A stretch of 63,965 bases of DNA, counting the filler, from an uncultured bacterium (GTDB lineage: Bacteria; CAZSTA01), in the NCBI GenBank assembly GCA_964609495.1. It is 11 parts of 11 records of this genome, joined end to end, with 100 filler letters (N's around TTAATTAATTAA, not from the genome) between each part and the next. Parts side by side here need not be neighbours in the genome. Positions count along the whole stretch, not along the records: positions 37,027 to 42,916 come from CAZSTA010000219.1; positions 43,017 to 48,859 come from CAZSTA010000220.1; 9 more parts are not named here. One strand, 5' to 3'. Position 1 is the first letter of the stretch. Every line of letters starts with the position of its first letter. The notes beneath the pieces are model-generated. The model was not told the origin of the DNA. It saw only the letters and a list, made by a program, of their open reading frames with translations, and made no database searches. Of the stretch, positions 37,134 through 46,507 are shown in pieces. Position numbers and translations under genes: made by a program.

Positions 37134-39146
37134 TTAGTTTCCTCCTCCCTTGATGGGAACAGAATCTTCTAACTTCTTACTCCTCACAAAATCCCAATTT
37201 CTCAGCAGGTAATATATACCATAAGCCGCGAATATTATTATATAAGGTTGAATAGGAGCTCTATGCCTCGTGGAAACATAGATAACAATATGAAATATCA
37301 CATAATAAGCGATTAAAAGATAGAGCAGTAACTTCTCCTGCCAATTGTGTCTCCACTCCTTCAAGGATAAGATCAAGCCATAGATAGCGAATGCATAGAA
37401 GTAAAGCCGCATAGCATAGGAATACTTGCTCCCGGTATATAGAAAGATATGATCAAAGTTGACAACATCATACCCCATCCAGAAGTTGACGAACCTCTTC
37501 CAGTAAGCTCTTCCAAAGCTATATGCATTATGAAAGATATAACTGATAAAAGCCTTTATCACCCGAATATCACTAGCCCGAAGTTCCTCTATATTCTGGG
37601 GATCTCCCTCACTAGGCCTATAATATTTGCCTACTTCTTCAGGGTCATAAAGTCGCCAGAAGAAATCCTCCGATTCATAAAAACTGGTGAAGAGAGTGAA
37701 ACGATTTAGATATATATAATTCCTTATAGTTAAAGGCAACATAGCTAGAAATATCATTAATAACAGCACTAAGGAATATTTTATACCTGGTAACACCTTC
37801 TTTCTACTGGCGGATGATATCAACACCCAGAGAATTATAACTGGTATGAAGTAGAAAATTACCGGTCTTGTAATAATGGCTAACCCTAAAGCCAAACCCA
37901 CCAGAATATAATTTAGGAATTTGCGTTTCTCCATTGGTCTTATCAGAAGAACAAGAGCCAGGGATAATAGAGGTATATAGATACCTTCCGAGGCTACATA
38001 GATCGCATAGTTGGTCAGCATCCCAGAGAGGGCTGTCATCAGAGCGGCGATCCTCCCTACTGTCTCCCCAAAGATCTTTGAACCGATATAATATACCCCA
38101 AGGCAGACTAACCCTCCCCAGAAAGCTTGTATTAGCTCCACTACAAGGAAGTTTGGTCCAAATATCTTAAAGACTAGGGAGAGATAATAGTAATATCCGG
38201 GAGCTGGCCAGGGTATCACCTCCTTCTTCGCCAGGGTATTATATACCCTTCTAGCTCCCTCATCCACTGGTCTAAGTTCATCTATATTACGGTCGGCTTT
38301 TCTCATAGCTATTCCCACATAGGTTTGGCAATCCGTTCCTCCATATCCTAAGGGAGTAGAACTGGATTTAAAAGCGAAAAATCCCCTTAATAAAAGGCTG
38401 ATCAGGAGAACTACGAGAAGGAAGTTTCTCCTTATTCGGAGAAAGGAATATATCTTTCGATATAAGGATCGAGCATATCCGAATATAGCTTCACCGATCG
38501 AACCTCCTCTAAGCCGATCATAAAATATCGCAGAGGAGAGAAGGAAGATGAATAACATCCAAACTGGAAATATCAAACGTTGCTTGAACAGATATAGGAT
38601 GAGGATTAATATCCAGAGAACAGGAATAGGATAGTAAAAAGCTGAATTTAAGCGAAGAGGATTCAGAATAAGAGATGAATCGTCTCTCCTCAGCCCGATC
38701 CAGGTGGAGACAGCAACCCAACTTGCCCCTAGACTTAGCAAAGCCAGGCTTACGAAGTAGAAGAGGAAAAAGTATAATCTGTAGATGGATTGCGTCTCAT
38801 AGCTTTCAAATCTCTCGATCAGTTCAAGCTCCAAGAGAAATAGATATATATTAACGATCAATCCTACGATTAAACCTGTTGCTAACTGCCTTAGAAACCC
38901 CTTGCGATTCAGATGAGAGATAAAATAGGTATAGACTAAAACTCCTACCCAATAGAGAAAAAGATAAAGGAAGAATCTCTTGACTATATCTTGAGAGATA
39001 GCGGTAAAACCTAGTCTCCAATGTTCTCGTGGACGAGGAAAAAACATCGCTGAGGTAACATAACGAGAGTATAGGATGAATAGAATTGATATTATCAGGG
39101 ATATAATGATAGGGTTCAAACTTCCTCGCTCGATGCTTCTCTGCAT
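37134..39146 (-). CDS. Multi-TM GT-C fold glycosyltransferase (GT39/ArnT-like)
   Basis: Many TM helices; D...Y, PAPGY, SEG, ITRP, TIRNY and RHRAP motifs. Confidence 0.75.
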   Translation of the reverse strand: MQRSIERGSLNPIIISLIISILFILYSRYVTSAMFFPRPREHWRLGFTAISQDIVKRFFLYLFLYWVGVLVYTYFISHLNRKGFLRQLATGLIVGLIVNIYLFLLELELIERFESYETQSIYRLYFFLFYFVSLALLSLGASWVAVSTWIGLRRDDSSLILNPLRLNSAFYYPIPVLWILILILYLFKQRLIFPVWMLFIFLLSSAIFYDRLRGGSIGEAIFGYARSLYRKIYSFLRIRRNFLLVVLLISLLLRGFFAFKSSSTPLGYGGTDCQTYVGIAMRKADRNIDELRPVDEGARRVYNTLAKKEVIPWPAPGYYYYLSLVFKIFGPNFLVVELIQAFWGGLVCLGVYYIGSKIFGETVGRIAALMTALSGMLTNYAIYVASEGIYIPLLSLALVLLIRPMEKRKFLNYILVGLALGLAIITRPVIFYFIPVIILWVLISSASRKKVLPGIKYSLVLLLMIFLAMLPLTIRNYIYLNRFTLFTSFYESEDFFWRLYDPEEVGKYYRPSEGDPQNIEELRASDIRVIKAFISYIFHNAYSFGRAYWKRFVNFWMGYDVVNFDHIFLYTGSKYSYAMRLYFYAFAIYGLILSLKEWRHNWQEKLLLYLLIAYYVIFHIVIYVSTRHRAPIQPYIIIFAAYGIYYLLRNWDFVRSKKLEDSVPIKGGGN

Positions 39147-39158
39147 TATCGCTCCTCC

Positions 39159-41018
39159 TTAGGTTATGTCTTTCGCTAACAGATTCTCAACATCTAATAC
39201 ATCTCTGATCCCACATCCCACACATTGCTCAAATCGGCAATCAGGGGTCATAATACCCTCTTTGGCTCTCCTTCTCTCCATCAATAAATATCTCTTATCG
39301 ACTCCGGTAGAGATCATATCCCAAGGCAATACCTCATCCTCTCCTCGCTCTCGGCGGGTGTAGAAGTTGGGATCAATGCCAGTATCCCTAAAAGCTCTCT
39401 CCCATAGATCGGGATCGAAATGCTCCCTCCAACTATCGAATCTAGCTCCTAACTGCCAAGCTCGATACAGAACTTTCCCCACTCTCCTATCCCCTCTAGC
39501 GAATACCCCTTCTAAAATACTGGTATCACTATCAGTCAGGTTAAGCTTGACATTTCTCTCCCTTATATGAGATCTCAAATATTTATGCTTTTCCTCTATC
39601 ATCCCCTTGCTTATCTGAGCCTCCCACTGAAAGGGAGTATGAGCTTTAGGAACGAAGGAGGAGACGGTAACATTGACTCGAGCCGCTCCTTTATGTATTC
39701 TCTTTCCCATACGGGCGGCCTCTCGAACTAGATCGCTTATTCCCTGAAGATCCTCTTCCTCCTCGGTGGGGAGACCAATCATAAAGTAGAGCTTAATCGT
39801 TCTCCATCCCAGAGAGAAAGTCCCTTCGATGGTCTCCAATAGATTCTCATCGGATATGTTCTTATTTATAACCCGACGCAATCGCGAAGTAGCCGCTTCG
39901 GGAGCGAAGGTGAGTCCTGTTTTCCTAACCTGTTGAACCTCTCGCGCTAATTTCAGAGAGAAGCTGTCCACCCTCAAAGATGGCAGGGAGATAGATACTC
40001 TCCTATCAGCATATTTATTCATCAAGGCTGAGATTAGATCAGCGATGCGAGTGTAGTCGCTGGTGCTTAGGGACATCAAGGATATCTCCTCATAACCGGT
40101 ATTAGCGAGGAGTTCATCAGCTATATTCAAGAGATTAGCGAGCGATCTTTCTCGAACTGGACGATATATCATTCCTGCTTGGCAGAAGCGACATCCTCTA
40201 GTGCATCCTCGCATAACCTCCAATACCGCTCTATCGTGCACCGCTTGAACGAAGGGAATTACTGGCTTGGCGGGATGGAAAGCGGAATTTAGATCCGCGA
40301 CTACTCGCTTAATGACCTTGGAGGGAATGTTATCATCGAGAGGAGTTATACTTCTGATCGGTCCCCGCGGCTCATAATCCACCTTATATAGAGAGGGGAT
40401 ATAGATTCCCCCTAAGTTCGCTGATTCTCTCAGGAACTCCCTTTTACCCTTTCCTCGCTGGCGACATTCCCTATATAGATCGATCAATTCTAAGATTATG
40501 TCTTCTCCATCGCCAACGACGAATAGATCGATAAAATCCGCTAGAGGCTCGGGATTGAAGGCGCAGGGACCACCAGCTATGATCAAGGGATCCTCCTCTC
40601 CTCTATCCTCGGAGAGAAGAGGTATCCCTGCCAGATCAAGTATATTGAGGACGTTGGTATAAGTCAATTCATACTGAAGGGAGAAGCCTACGATATCGAA
40701 AGAGCTTAGGGGAGAATTAGACTCTGAGCTGAGAAGCGAAATTTTATATTCCCTGAGCTTCTCCTCCATATCGACCCAAGGAGAATAGACCCGCTCAGCT
40801 ATAACATCATCCCGCTCGTTCAAGATCCCATAGATTATCTGAAGACCAAGGTGGGACATCCCCACCTCATAAGTATCGGGAAAGGCTAAGGCGATCTTAA
40901 CCATTCCCGCTCTATATTCCTTATGGACTGAGTTCCACTCATCTCCTATATATCTGGCTGGTTTTTGAACATAGGGTAGTATCCTCTGATTATAAATTTC
41001 TCGAAAGTGATCTGACAC
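39159..41018 (-). CDS. TIGR03960-type B12-binding radical SAM protein
   Basis: VQKPARYIGDEWN, FPDTYEVGMSHLG, RGCTRGCRFCQAG, C-terminal DCRFEQCVGCG. Confidence 0.9.
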   Translation of the reverse strand: MSDHFREIYNQRILPYVQKPARYIGDEWNSVHKEYRAGMVKIALAFPDTYEVGMSHLGLQIIYGILNERDDVIAERVYSPWVDMEEKLREYKISLLSSESNSPLSSFDIVGFSLQYELTYTNVLNILDLAGIPLLSEDRGEEDPLIIAGGPCAFNPEPLADFIDLFVVGDGEDIILELIDLYRECRQRGKGKREFLRESANLGGIYIPSLYKVDYEPRGPIRSITPLDDNIPSKVIKRVVADLNSAFHPAKPVIPFVQAVHDRAVLEVMRGCTRGCRFCQAGMIYRPVRERSLANLLNIADELLANTGYEEISLMSLSTSDYTRIADLISALMNKYADRRVSISLPSLRVDSFSLKLAREVQQVRKTGLTFAPEAATSRLRRVINKNISDENLLETIEGTFSLGWRTIKLYFMIGLPTEEEEDLQGISDLVREAARMGKRIHKGAARVNVTVSSFVPKAHTPFQWEAQISKGMIEEKHKYLRSHIRERNVKLNLTDSDTSILEGVFARGDRRVGKVLYRAWQLGARFDSWREHFDPDLWERAFRDTGIDPNFYTRRERGEDEVLPWDMISTGVDKRYLLMERRRAKEGIMTPDCRFEQCVGCGIRDVLDVENLLAKDIT

Positions 41019-41047
41019 TAGCTGGTAGCCCCCGATACTATTATGCT

Positions 41048-42055
41048 CTACTGATTCTGAACAGTCTCGATCAAGGCTAAAAGGTTCTCCAGAGGAACAT
41101 CCTTGGGAACAGCATGGGCAGGAGATAGAATGTAACCTCCTTCTTTTCCGATCTCCTTCATCATCTTACGGGCAGTCCTCTTCACATCATCGACAGTTCC
41201 GTAGGGCAGGGTCTTTTGAATACTTATCCCTCCGTAGAAAGTGAGCCTATCACCATATCTTCTCTTCATCTCGAAGACATCCATCACCTCTGGCTGGAAG
41301 GGATTGAAGATATCTACCCCAATCTCTATTAGATCGGGGAATATCTCCTCGACATCTCCACAGGAGTGAATTAATACAACCTTCCCAGCCTCCTTGACCT
41401 TGGCATAGGTCTTTGCCAAGCGAGGTTTGAAGTATTTTTTCCAGAGGATCGGACCCATCAGCATACCTCGCTGTTGTCCCCAATCATCCCCGAAATACAT
41501 AGCATCTATATCGTATTTGACCGCTTGTTCTACGATCCCCAAGTTGTATTCCACGATCCTATCCAGAAAATCATCAACGAAGGAGGGATGCTCGATCATA
41601 TCCACGAATAAGTTCTCCATTCCCCTTAGCGTCCAAGCTCTCTCGAAGAGGGAGAATCCGATCTCAACCACTCTGAATTTATCCTTATTCTTCTCTATAA
41701 ATTCTCCGAAGTGATCGAATCTGCCCGAAGAATAGGGATCGGGAAACTCATAATCCTTGAGCGAAGGTTTTGAGAGGAGATAACGATCGACTATTCCGAT
41801 ATCCTTATCTACAGTTCTGTTCCAGACAACTCCGAACTCATCGCGCCAGAAATTGGGTTTGATCTCCTGCCAAGCGTCAGGTGGCTTAGCCACAGTTACT
41901 GCTAGATGATTACCTATTATATCATTTAGGTTTTCATCGCCATAATATTCCACCAGCTTTTGGCGAATTGGCACCGTAAAGCTGAGGTGGTAGGGAGTAA
42001 ACTCCGGTTGGCGATGAGCGACAGCATCAACAACTCTCTCTTTAGCAGTGGCCAT
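41048..42055 (-). CDS. URO-D/MtaA-CmuA superfamily protein
   Basis: DEFGVVW, LFERAWTLRG, GDDWG, HSCG, GGYILSPAH. Confidence 0.85.
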   Translation of the reverse strand: MATAKERVVDAVAHRQPEFTPYHLSFTVPIRQKLVEYYGDENLNDIIGNHLAVTVAKPPDAWQEIKPNFWRDEFGVVWNRTVDKDIGIVDRYLLSKPSLKDYEFPDPYSSGRFDHFGEFIEKNKDKFRVVEIGFSLFERAWTLRGMENLFVDMIEHPSFVDDFLDRIVEYNLGIVEQAVKYDIDAMYFGDDWGQQRGMLMGPILWKKYFKPRLAKTYAKVKEAGKVVLIHSCGDVEEIFPDLIEIGVDIFNPFQPEVMDVFEMKRRYGDRLTFYGGISIQKTLPYGTVDDVKRTARKMMKEIGKEGGYILSPAHAVPKDVPLENLLALIETVQNQ

Positions 42056-42107
42056 ATACTTCCCTAGTTACATCGGAGGTAACCAGGTTTATCACCATCC
42101 TTTCTTA

Positions 42108-42916
42108 TTATATTTCTGCTGTATCAAACAAATCTCCAGTATTTTCTAATGTTATCCTTCTATATTCTATCTCCTTTCTGGGTTTTGGAACATAAAAATA
42201 TTCTCTTAGCTCCTCCCAATCTTTATCACGTATTGTAATAACCTCACCCAAATAAAAGCTTACCCAAATATTACCAATTTCGGAATTTGACTTCTCATTT
42301 TCTAATTTATGTTTAGCTATACTTACATACTTGGCATCAATATCTATCCCTATATACTTCCTTCCTAATCTCTTAGCTGCAATTGCAGTTGTCCCTGTGC
42401 CAACAAATGGGTCCAAAACAATATCGTTTTCATCAGTTACCATCAATATAAGCCTTTCAAGTAAGTGAATAGGCAATTGGCAGGGATGCTCATCTCTCCG
42501 TTTACTATGTTTTATCCGGTGAATATCAGTCCAGACATCGGAAACTAAGGGTCCAAATGGGTGAAGGCTCCCTTTCTTACCACCGTAATCCTTCAACAAG
42601 ATATTACAATCTCTGCATCTCTTATGGGGATAACGGATATCATAAAATTTATTTTCTTTTCTGTTCTTGGCATAATATAGAATTCCATAATGAGTCGGCA
42701 GCAGGCTTTTGCCAAGCGGTGTACTTATCGCATCCCAAGCAATCCAATGCATAAAGTCAGCAATCTCATTTAAAAAGGTTGAGTAATAGGTGAGCCATTT
42801 AGGTATATTATGCACGAAAATGCTACCTGATGGTTTTGTAACTCTAACCATCTCTGAAATCCACTTTTTGCACCAATTCAAATAGTCTATAAATATCTTG
42901 TTATCCTTATACTTCT
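42108..42916 (-). CDS. N4/N6 DNA methyltransferase (beta class), 5' truncated
   Basis: HPCQLP..LLERLI, VLDPFVGTGTT; frame open to the contig edge; AT-rich. Confidence 0.85.
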
Positions 42917-43016
42917 NNNNNNNNNNNNNNNNNNNNNNNNNNNNNNNNNNNNNNNNNNNNTTAATTAATTAANNNNNNNNNNNNNNNNNNNNNNNNNNNN
43001 NNNNNNNNNNNNNNNN
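42917..43016. other. Artificial contig linker
   Basis: Same 100-nt linker. Confidence 0.98.
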
Positions 43017-43207
43017 AATCTGGGATCTGAGATCTAATTTACTTTGTATTACACCCTCCCCCTATCCCCCTTCCATCGAGGGAGGGGGGGAACTAAAGAG
43101 ATCAGCTCTATCTCGATGTCCCCTCTCCCCTCGTGGGAGAGGGCCAGGGTGAGGGGGAATTATAATTCGATCTGAAATCATTTTGATCCCCGATTCTATA
43201 TGCATCC
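43017..43207. mobile_element. Putative MITE containing two inverted C repeats
   Basis: Right end GATCCCCGATTCTATATGCATCC; truncated left end AATCTGGGATC is its inverse; 43021-43075 recurs inverted at 60650-60704. Confidence 0.6.
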
Positions 43208-43223
43208 ATCATCTTAATTGGCC

Positions 43224-43252
43224 TTGACAAAAAATCTGTTGTATGATATTAT
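43224..43252 (+). promoter_or_regulatory. sigma70-type promoter of vapBC
   Basis: TTGACA-17 nt-TATTAT with TGn extension. Confidence 0.65.
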
Positions 43253-43310
43253 GTAAAGGCGAGATAAATTCTCGCTTTTTGAAATTATAATCTATTTGGA
43301 GGGGAAAGAG

Positions 43311-43568
43311 ATGTTAGCTATAAAAGGTATTTATGATGGCAAAACTATCAGGCCGTTAGAACCTATAAATATAAAGACACCCTACATCGTAGTTATTACC
43401 TTTATCGAACCTGCTCAAAAAGAAATTGGAATAGAAGATGGGAAAGAAGCTACTGAGGATTTTCTGAAATTATGTGGCAAGTGGAAAGATGAGAGAAGTG
43501 CCGAAGAGATAATCGAGGATATATATTCCTCTCGCCGAAGCTCTTATAGATTAAAGGAAGGATTATGA
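43311..43568 (+). CDS. Putative antitoxin (AF2212/DUF104-like N-terminus)
   Basis: MLAIKGIYDGKTIRPLEP; ATGA overlap with the PIN gene. Confidence 0.7.
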   Translation: MLAIKGIYDGKTIRPLEPINIKTPYIVVITFIEPAQKEIGIEDGKEATEDFLKLCGKWKDERSAEEIIEDIYSSRRSSYRLKEGL

Positions 43569-43963
43569 GATATATTCTTGATACAGATGTTCTCATCTAT
43601 TTGCTAAAGGGTAATAAGATTCTGCAGGATAAGGTTAGAGAAGTAGGTATCTATTCAATAGGTATATCGGTAATCTCTCTAGCTGAGCTTTATTTCGGAG
43701 CTTATAATTCCAGTAAAGTCGATGATAATCTTAAGTTAGTCGAGAGATTCTGTCAAAAATTAAATATATATACTGATGATGAGAGGATGGCTAAAATATT
43801 TGGAAAAGTAAAAGCAAATCTGAAATCATCTGGACAGATGATAGAAGATTTTGATATCTTAATAGCTGGCATAGCTATTGTAAATGATTGTACTCTAATA
43901 ACTAACAATGAAAGACACTTCAGCAGAATACCAGATTTAAAGATAGAGAACTGGCTAAGATAG
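43565..43963 (+). CDS. vapC: VapC PIN-domain toxin
   Basis: YILDTD, AELYFG, DFDILIA, LITNNERHF. Confidence 0.92.
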   Translation: MRYILDTDVLIYLLKGNKILQDKVREVGIYSIGISVISLAELYFGAYNSSKVDDNLKLVERFCQKLNIYTDDERMAKIFGKVKANLKSSGQMIEDFDILIAGIAIVNDCTLITNNERHFSRIPDLKIENWLR

Positions 43964-44085
43964 ATATCTTTGATATATATGATTTCTGGCAAATTAGATA
44001 AAATATCTCACCGAATATGCCGGTTTATAAACCGTTAAGCAATTTATTATTGTTAACTACTATGAAGTTGAGATAAATATCAACC

Positions 44086-46440
44086 TCAACTCAGGATAAC
44101 ATCTATCTCCTTCACCTCATTAGGCTTGAACTCGATATCGAAGAAAGCTTTCCCATCCTCCACCTCGATCGTCTTATCCCCCCAAGTTACCTTCCCTTTG
44201 GGTATATCGAGCAACCCAAGACGATAGCTTGCCTTAGACTTCAATATATTACGAGCCTTAATCATCAGCTTATTACCACTTTCTCTGGCGTCTAATAGCT
44301 CAAGGGAGTCTAAAGCCTCCCCATTCTTCCACTTGAAGCTATAGCAGAAGCTCCCGATCTCATCCAAGATGAAGATGAGCTCTAAGGGCATCACCAGACC
44401 AAAGACCGAGTAGAAAGGAGCGCGACGAATCTGGATATCGCCCTTTCTGGTATTATAGATCGTCGCTCGCGAGGGATAACAAGCGGAGGTATTCATAACA
44501 TCCTCAACTTGCGCTCCAACGAAATCCTCATCCTCAATCTTGACCTCCATATAATTCTCATTCAACCATTTGATTAGCTCAGGAGTGAAGAGCAACTGAG
44601 TCCCTTGATGAAGCACTGTCCTTGCTCTTTGGAGATAACGTTTATTCCCCGTCCACTGCCATAGCTTGCACCAATCATAGGCCGCAGGAGAGAAAGCGTA
44701 TTGAAGTCCATTGAACTCAACACTGATCTGAGTTCCGCCGATCGTCCTATACCTATAATGTCCTAAAGGCATATCCTCGGGGAAACAAACGTTATAGTGC
44801 CACTGCCAAGTAGCGAGCCAACCACTAGCTCTGATCGCTGCAGCCAGCCACTTCTTATCCTCGGTTGCCTCATATAGCATATTGAATCCCCTCAAAGCTC
44901 CCTGACCAGCCCTCTTATCGAGGCAATGCGTGTCCTGTTCCGATTTCCAATAGGCTTCATTGCGTAAGGCGAAGTTCAATATATCCGTTCCGATCCTCTC
45001 CGCGTATCTCAGATAGTTTGGCTCCTTCGTAATATTGTAAAGCTCGATATAAGCCCAGATCAGATATGAGGTAGAGGTAAAGCCATTTTCAGAGGGGCTT
45101 CCATAGACAGGAGAGGCGTCGAGTCCTCTAACTCTTCCAGGGATATCACCATCAGGCCATAACTGAATTATCCTCCCACAAACACCCCTAACTTGCTCAA
45201 GCCAAGGGGCTACCTCATCACCTAATAGCTCGTAGCCCTTCAAGATCCAATACAGCTCCTCGCCCAGCGGATTCATATCGATATTGCCATGATCTGAGCA
45301 ATAGGTCCCCCAGCGCCAATTCTCCTCTTGCTCCTCAAAGGTCCAATTAAACTCTTTAAAATAGACAACTGGATAGAACAATCCACACTCCGCCCTTCCA
45401 TTATCTAAGAAGAAGTCGATTGCACTCTTACCGTATTGATGTGCTTTCTCATCCTCCTCTCTCACATAGCGAAGCAAAGAGTGATAGGAAGCTACCCCTT
45501 GATATCCACTCCAAGAGAAGCCAGCATAAGGATGCAACTTATCCCCAGAGCTTTTAGCTACATACCACACGGTATATTTCTTTTCCCCCACCTCTCGTTC
45601 TCTCAATAGCCCCTTACCCGGCTCTTGGAGCAGATTTTTCATCTTGGCGGAATATAACTCGGAGAGCGACATCCCTAGTCTGGTGGGATTATCGGGATAG
45701 AGGATATCCCAGGCTGTATCTATCACCTGGGCGTAACCATTCTTCACCGTTGGTACATCTTCGGTCTCTGGAGCGATCTTTCCCAGATAGACATATATAA
45801 ACTTCTCCGCTAGCAAGCCATTATCCACCGTAATCCTCTTGTCCTCATAGACTCCGCGGCTGGAGATTATATCGGTATAAGGAAAGGAGATTATAAGGCG
45901 ATGGGTTTTATTCCTCTCATCCACTTTTATACAGGCGCTGGTAAGAGGATCTTCCAGAGAATATTGAGGAGCAACCCAGAGCCCAAGCACATAATCTTTA
46001 TTCTCCAAAGTTAAGCAACTAGGCACTGAGAATCTATCCTCACGTAGCTCGTCTCCTAGTTTATGGGGACTCCGTCCGAATTGATTTCCATTCCAGATGC
46101 GTCCGCAATAGGTATAATACTCCAAGTCCTCGAAAAAGAGGGAGGATACGAACTCATTTATGATCTTTACATCTTCCAACTTCTCCCCCTCATATCTCCA
46201 AATCTGCCTTAAACATAAAGTATCATCGTTGACTTCATTGATATCCTCGACGAGGATAAACTTTCCCTCCTCTAAATCAGCTTCATATTGAAGCTTCGGA
46301 CTTCCGTTCCTTTGAAAGGACCGAAGGGTGAAGTTAAAGCGTCTCTTTCCCACTAAAACCGTGGGAAGGTGAGATAAGACGACATCTCCCTTATGAGCTA
46401 ATTCTAACTCTGGGAAAAATAGACCTTTTATTAATTCCAT
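44086..46440 (-). CDS. Large hypothetical protein, probable (alpha/alpha)6 glycoside hydrolase-like fold
   Basis: Repeated LYNITKEPNYL / LYEATEDKKWL / LWQWTGNKRYL helical hairpin motifs; no family recognised. Confidence 0.55.
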   Translation of the reverse strand: MELIKGLFFPELELAHKGDVVLSHLPTVLVGKRRFNFTLRSFQRNGSPKLQYEADLEEGKFILVEDINEVNDDTLCLRQIWRYEGEKLEDVKIINEFVSSLFFEDLEYYTYCGRIWNGNQFGRSPHKLGDELREDRFSVPSCLTLENKDYVLGLWVAPQYSLEDPLTSACIKVDERNKTHRLIISFPYTDIISSRGVYEDKRITVDNGLLAEKFIYVYLGKIAPETEDVPTVKNGYAQVIDTAWDILYPDNPTRLGMSLSELYSAKMKNLLQEPGKGLLREREVGEKKYTVWYVAKSSGDKLHPYAGFSWSGYQGVASYHSLLRYVREEDEKAHQYGKSAIDFFLDNGRAECGLFYPVVYFKEFNWTFEEQEENWRWGTYCSDHGNIDMNPLGEELYWILKGYELLGDEVAPWLEQVRGVCGRIIQLWPDGDIPGRVRGLDASPVYGSPSENGFTSTSYLIWAYIELYNITKEPNYLRYAERIGTDILNFALRNEAYWKSEQDTHCLDKRAGQGALRGFNMLYEATEDKKWLAAAIRASGWLATWQWHYNVCFPEDMPLGHYRYRTIGGTQISVEFNGLQYAFSPAAYDWCKLWQWTGNKRYLQRARTVLHQGTQLLFTPELIKWLNENYMEVKIEDEDFVGAQVEDVMNTSACYPSRATIYNTRKGDIQIRRAPFYSVFGLVMPLELIFILDEIGSFCYSFKWKNGEALDSLELLDARESGNKLMIKARNILKSKASYRLGLLDIPKGKVTWGDKTIEVEDGKAFFDIEFKPNEVKEIDVILS

Positions 46441-46473
46441 CGCTTTATCACCTCGTTAATTATAGCTGGCTCT

Positions 46474-46501
46474 TCCCCTCTTTTAGTAAGGAGAGGGGGG
46501 A
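46474..46501. repeat. C-like palindrome between the two hydrolase genes
   Basis: TCCCCTCTTTTAGTAAGGAGAGGGGGA. Confidence 0.45.
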
Positions 46502-46507
46502 CAGAGT

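Noticed and set aside
42108-43963. Defence island made of the DNA methyltransferase plus VapBC
   Set aside because: The genes are on different contigs separated by a linker, so the adjacency is artificial
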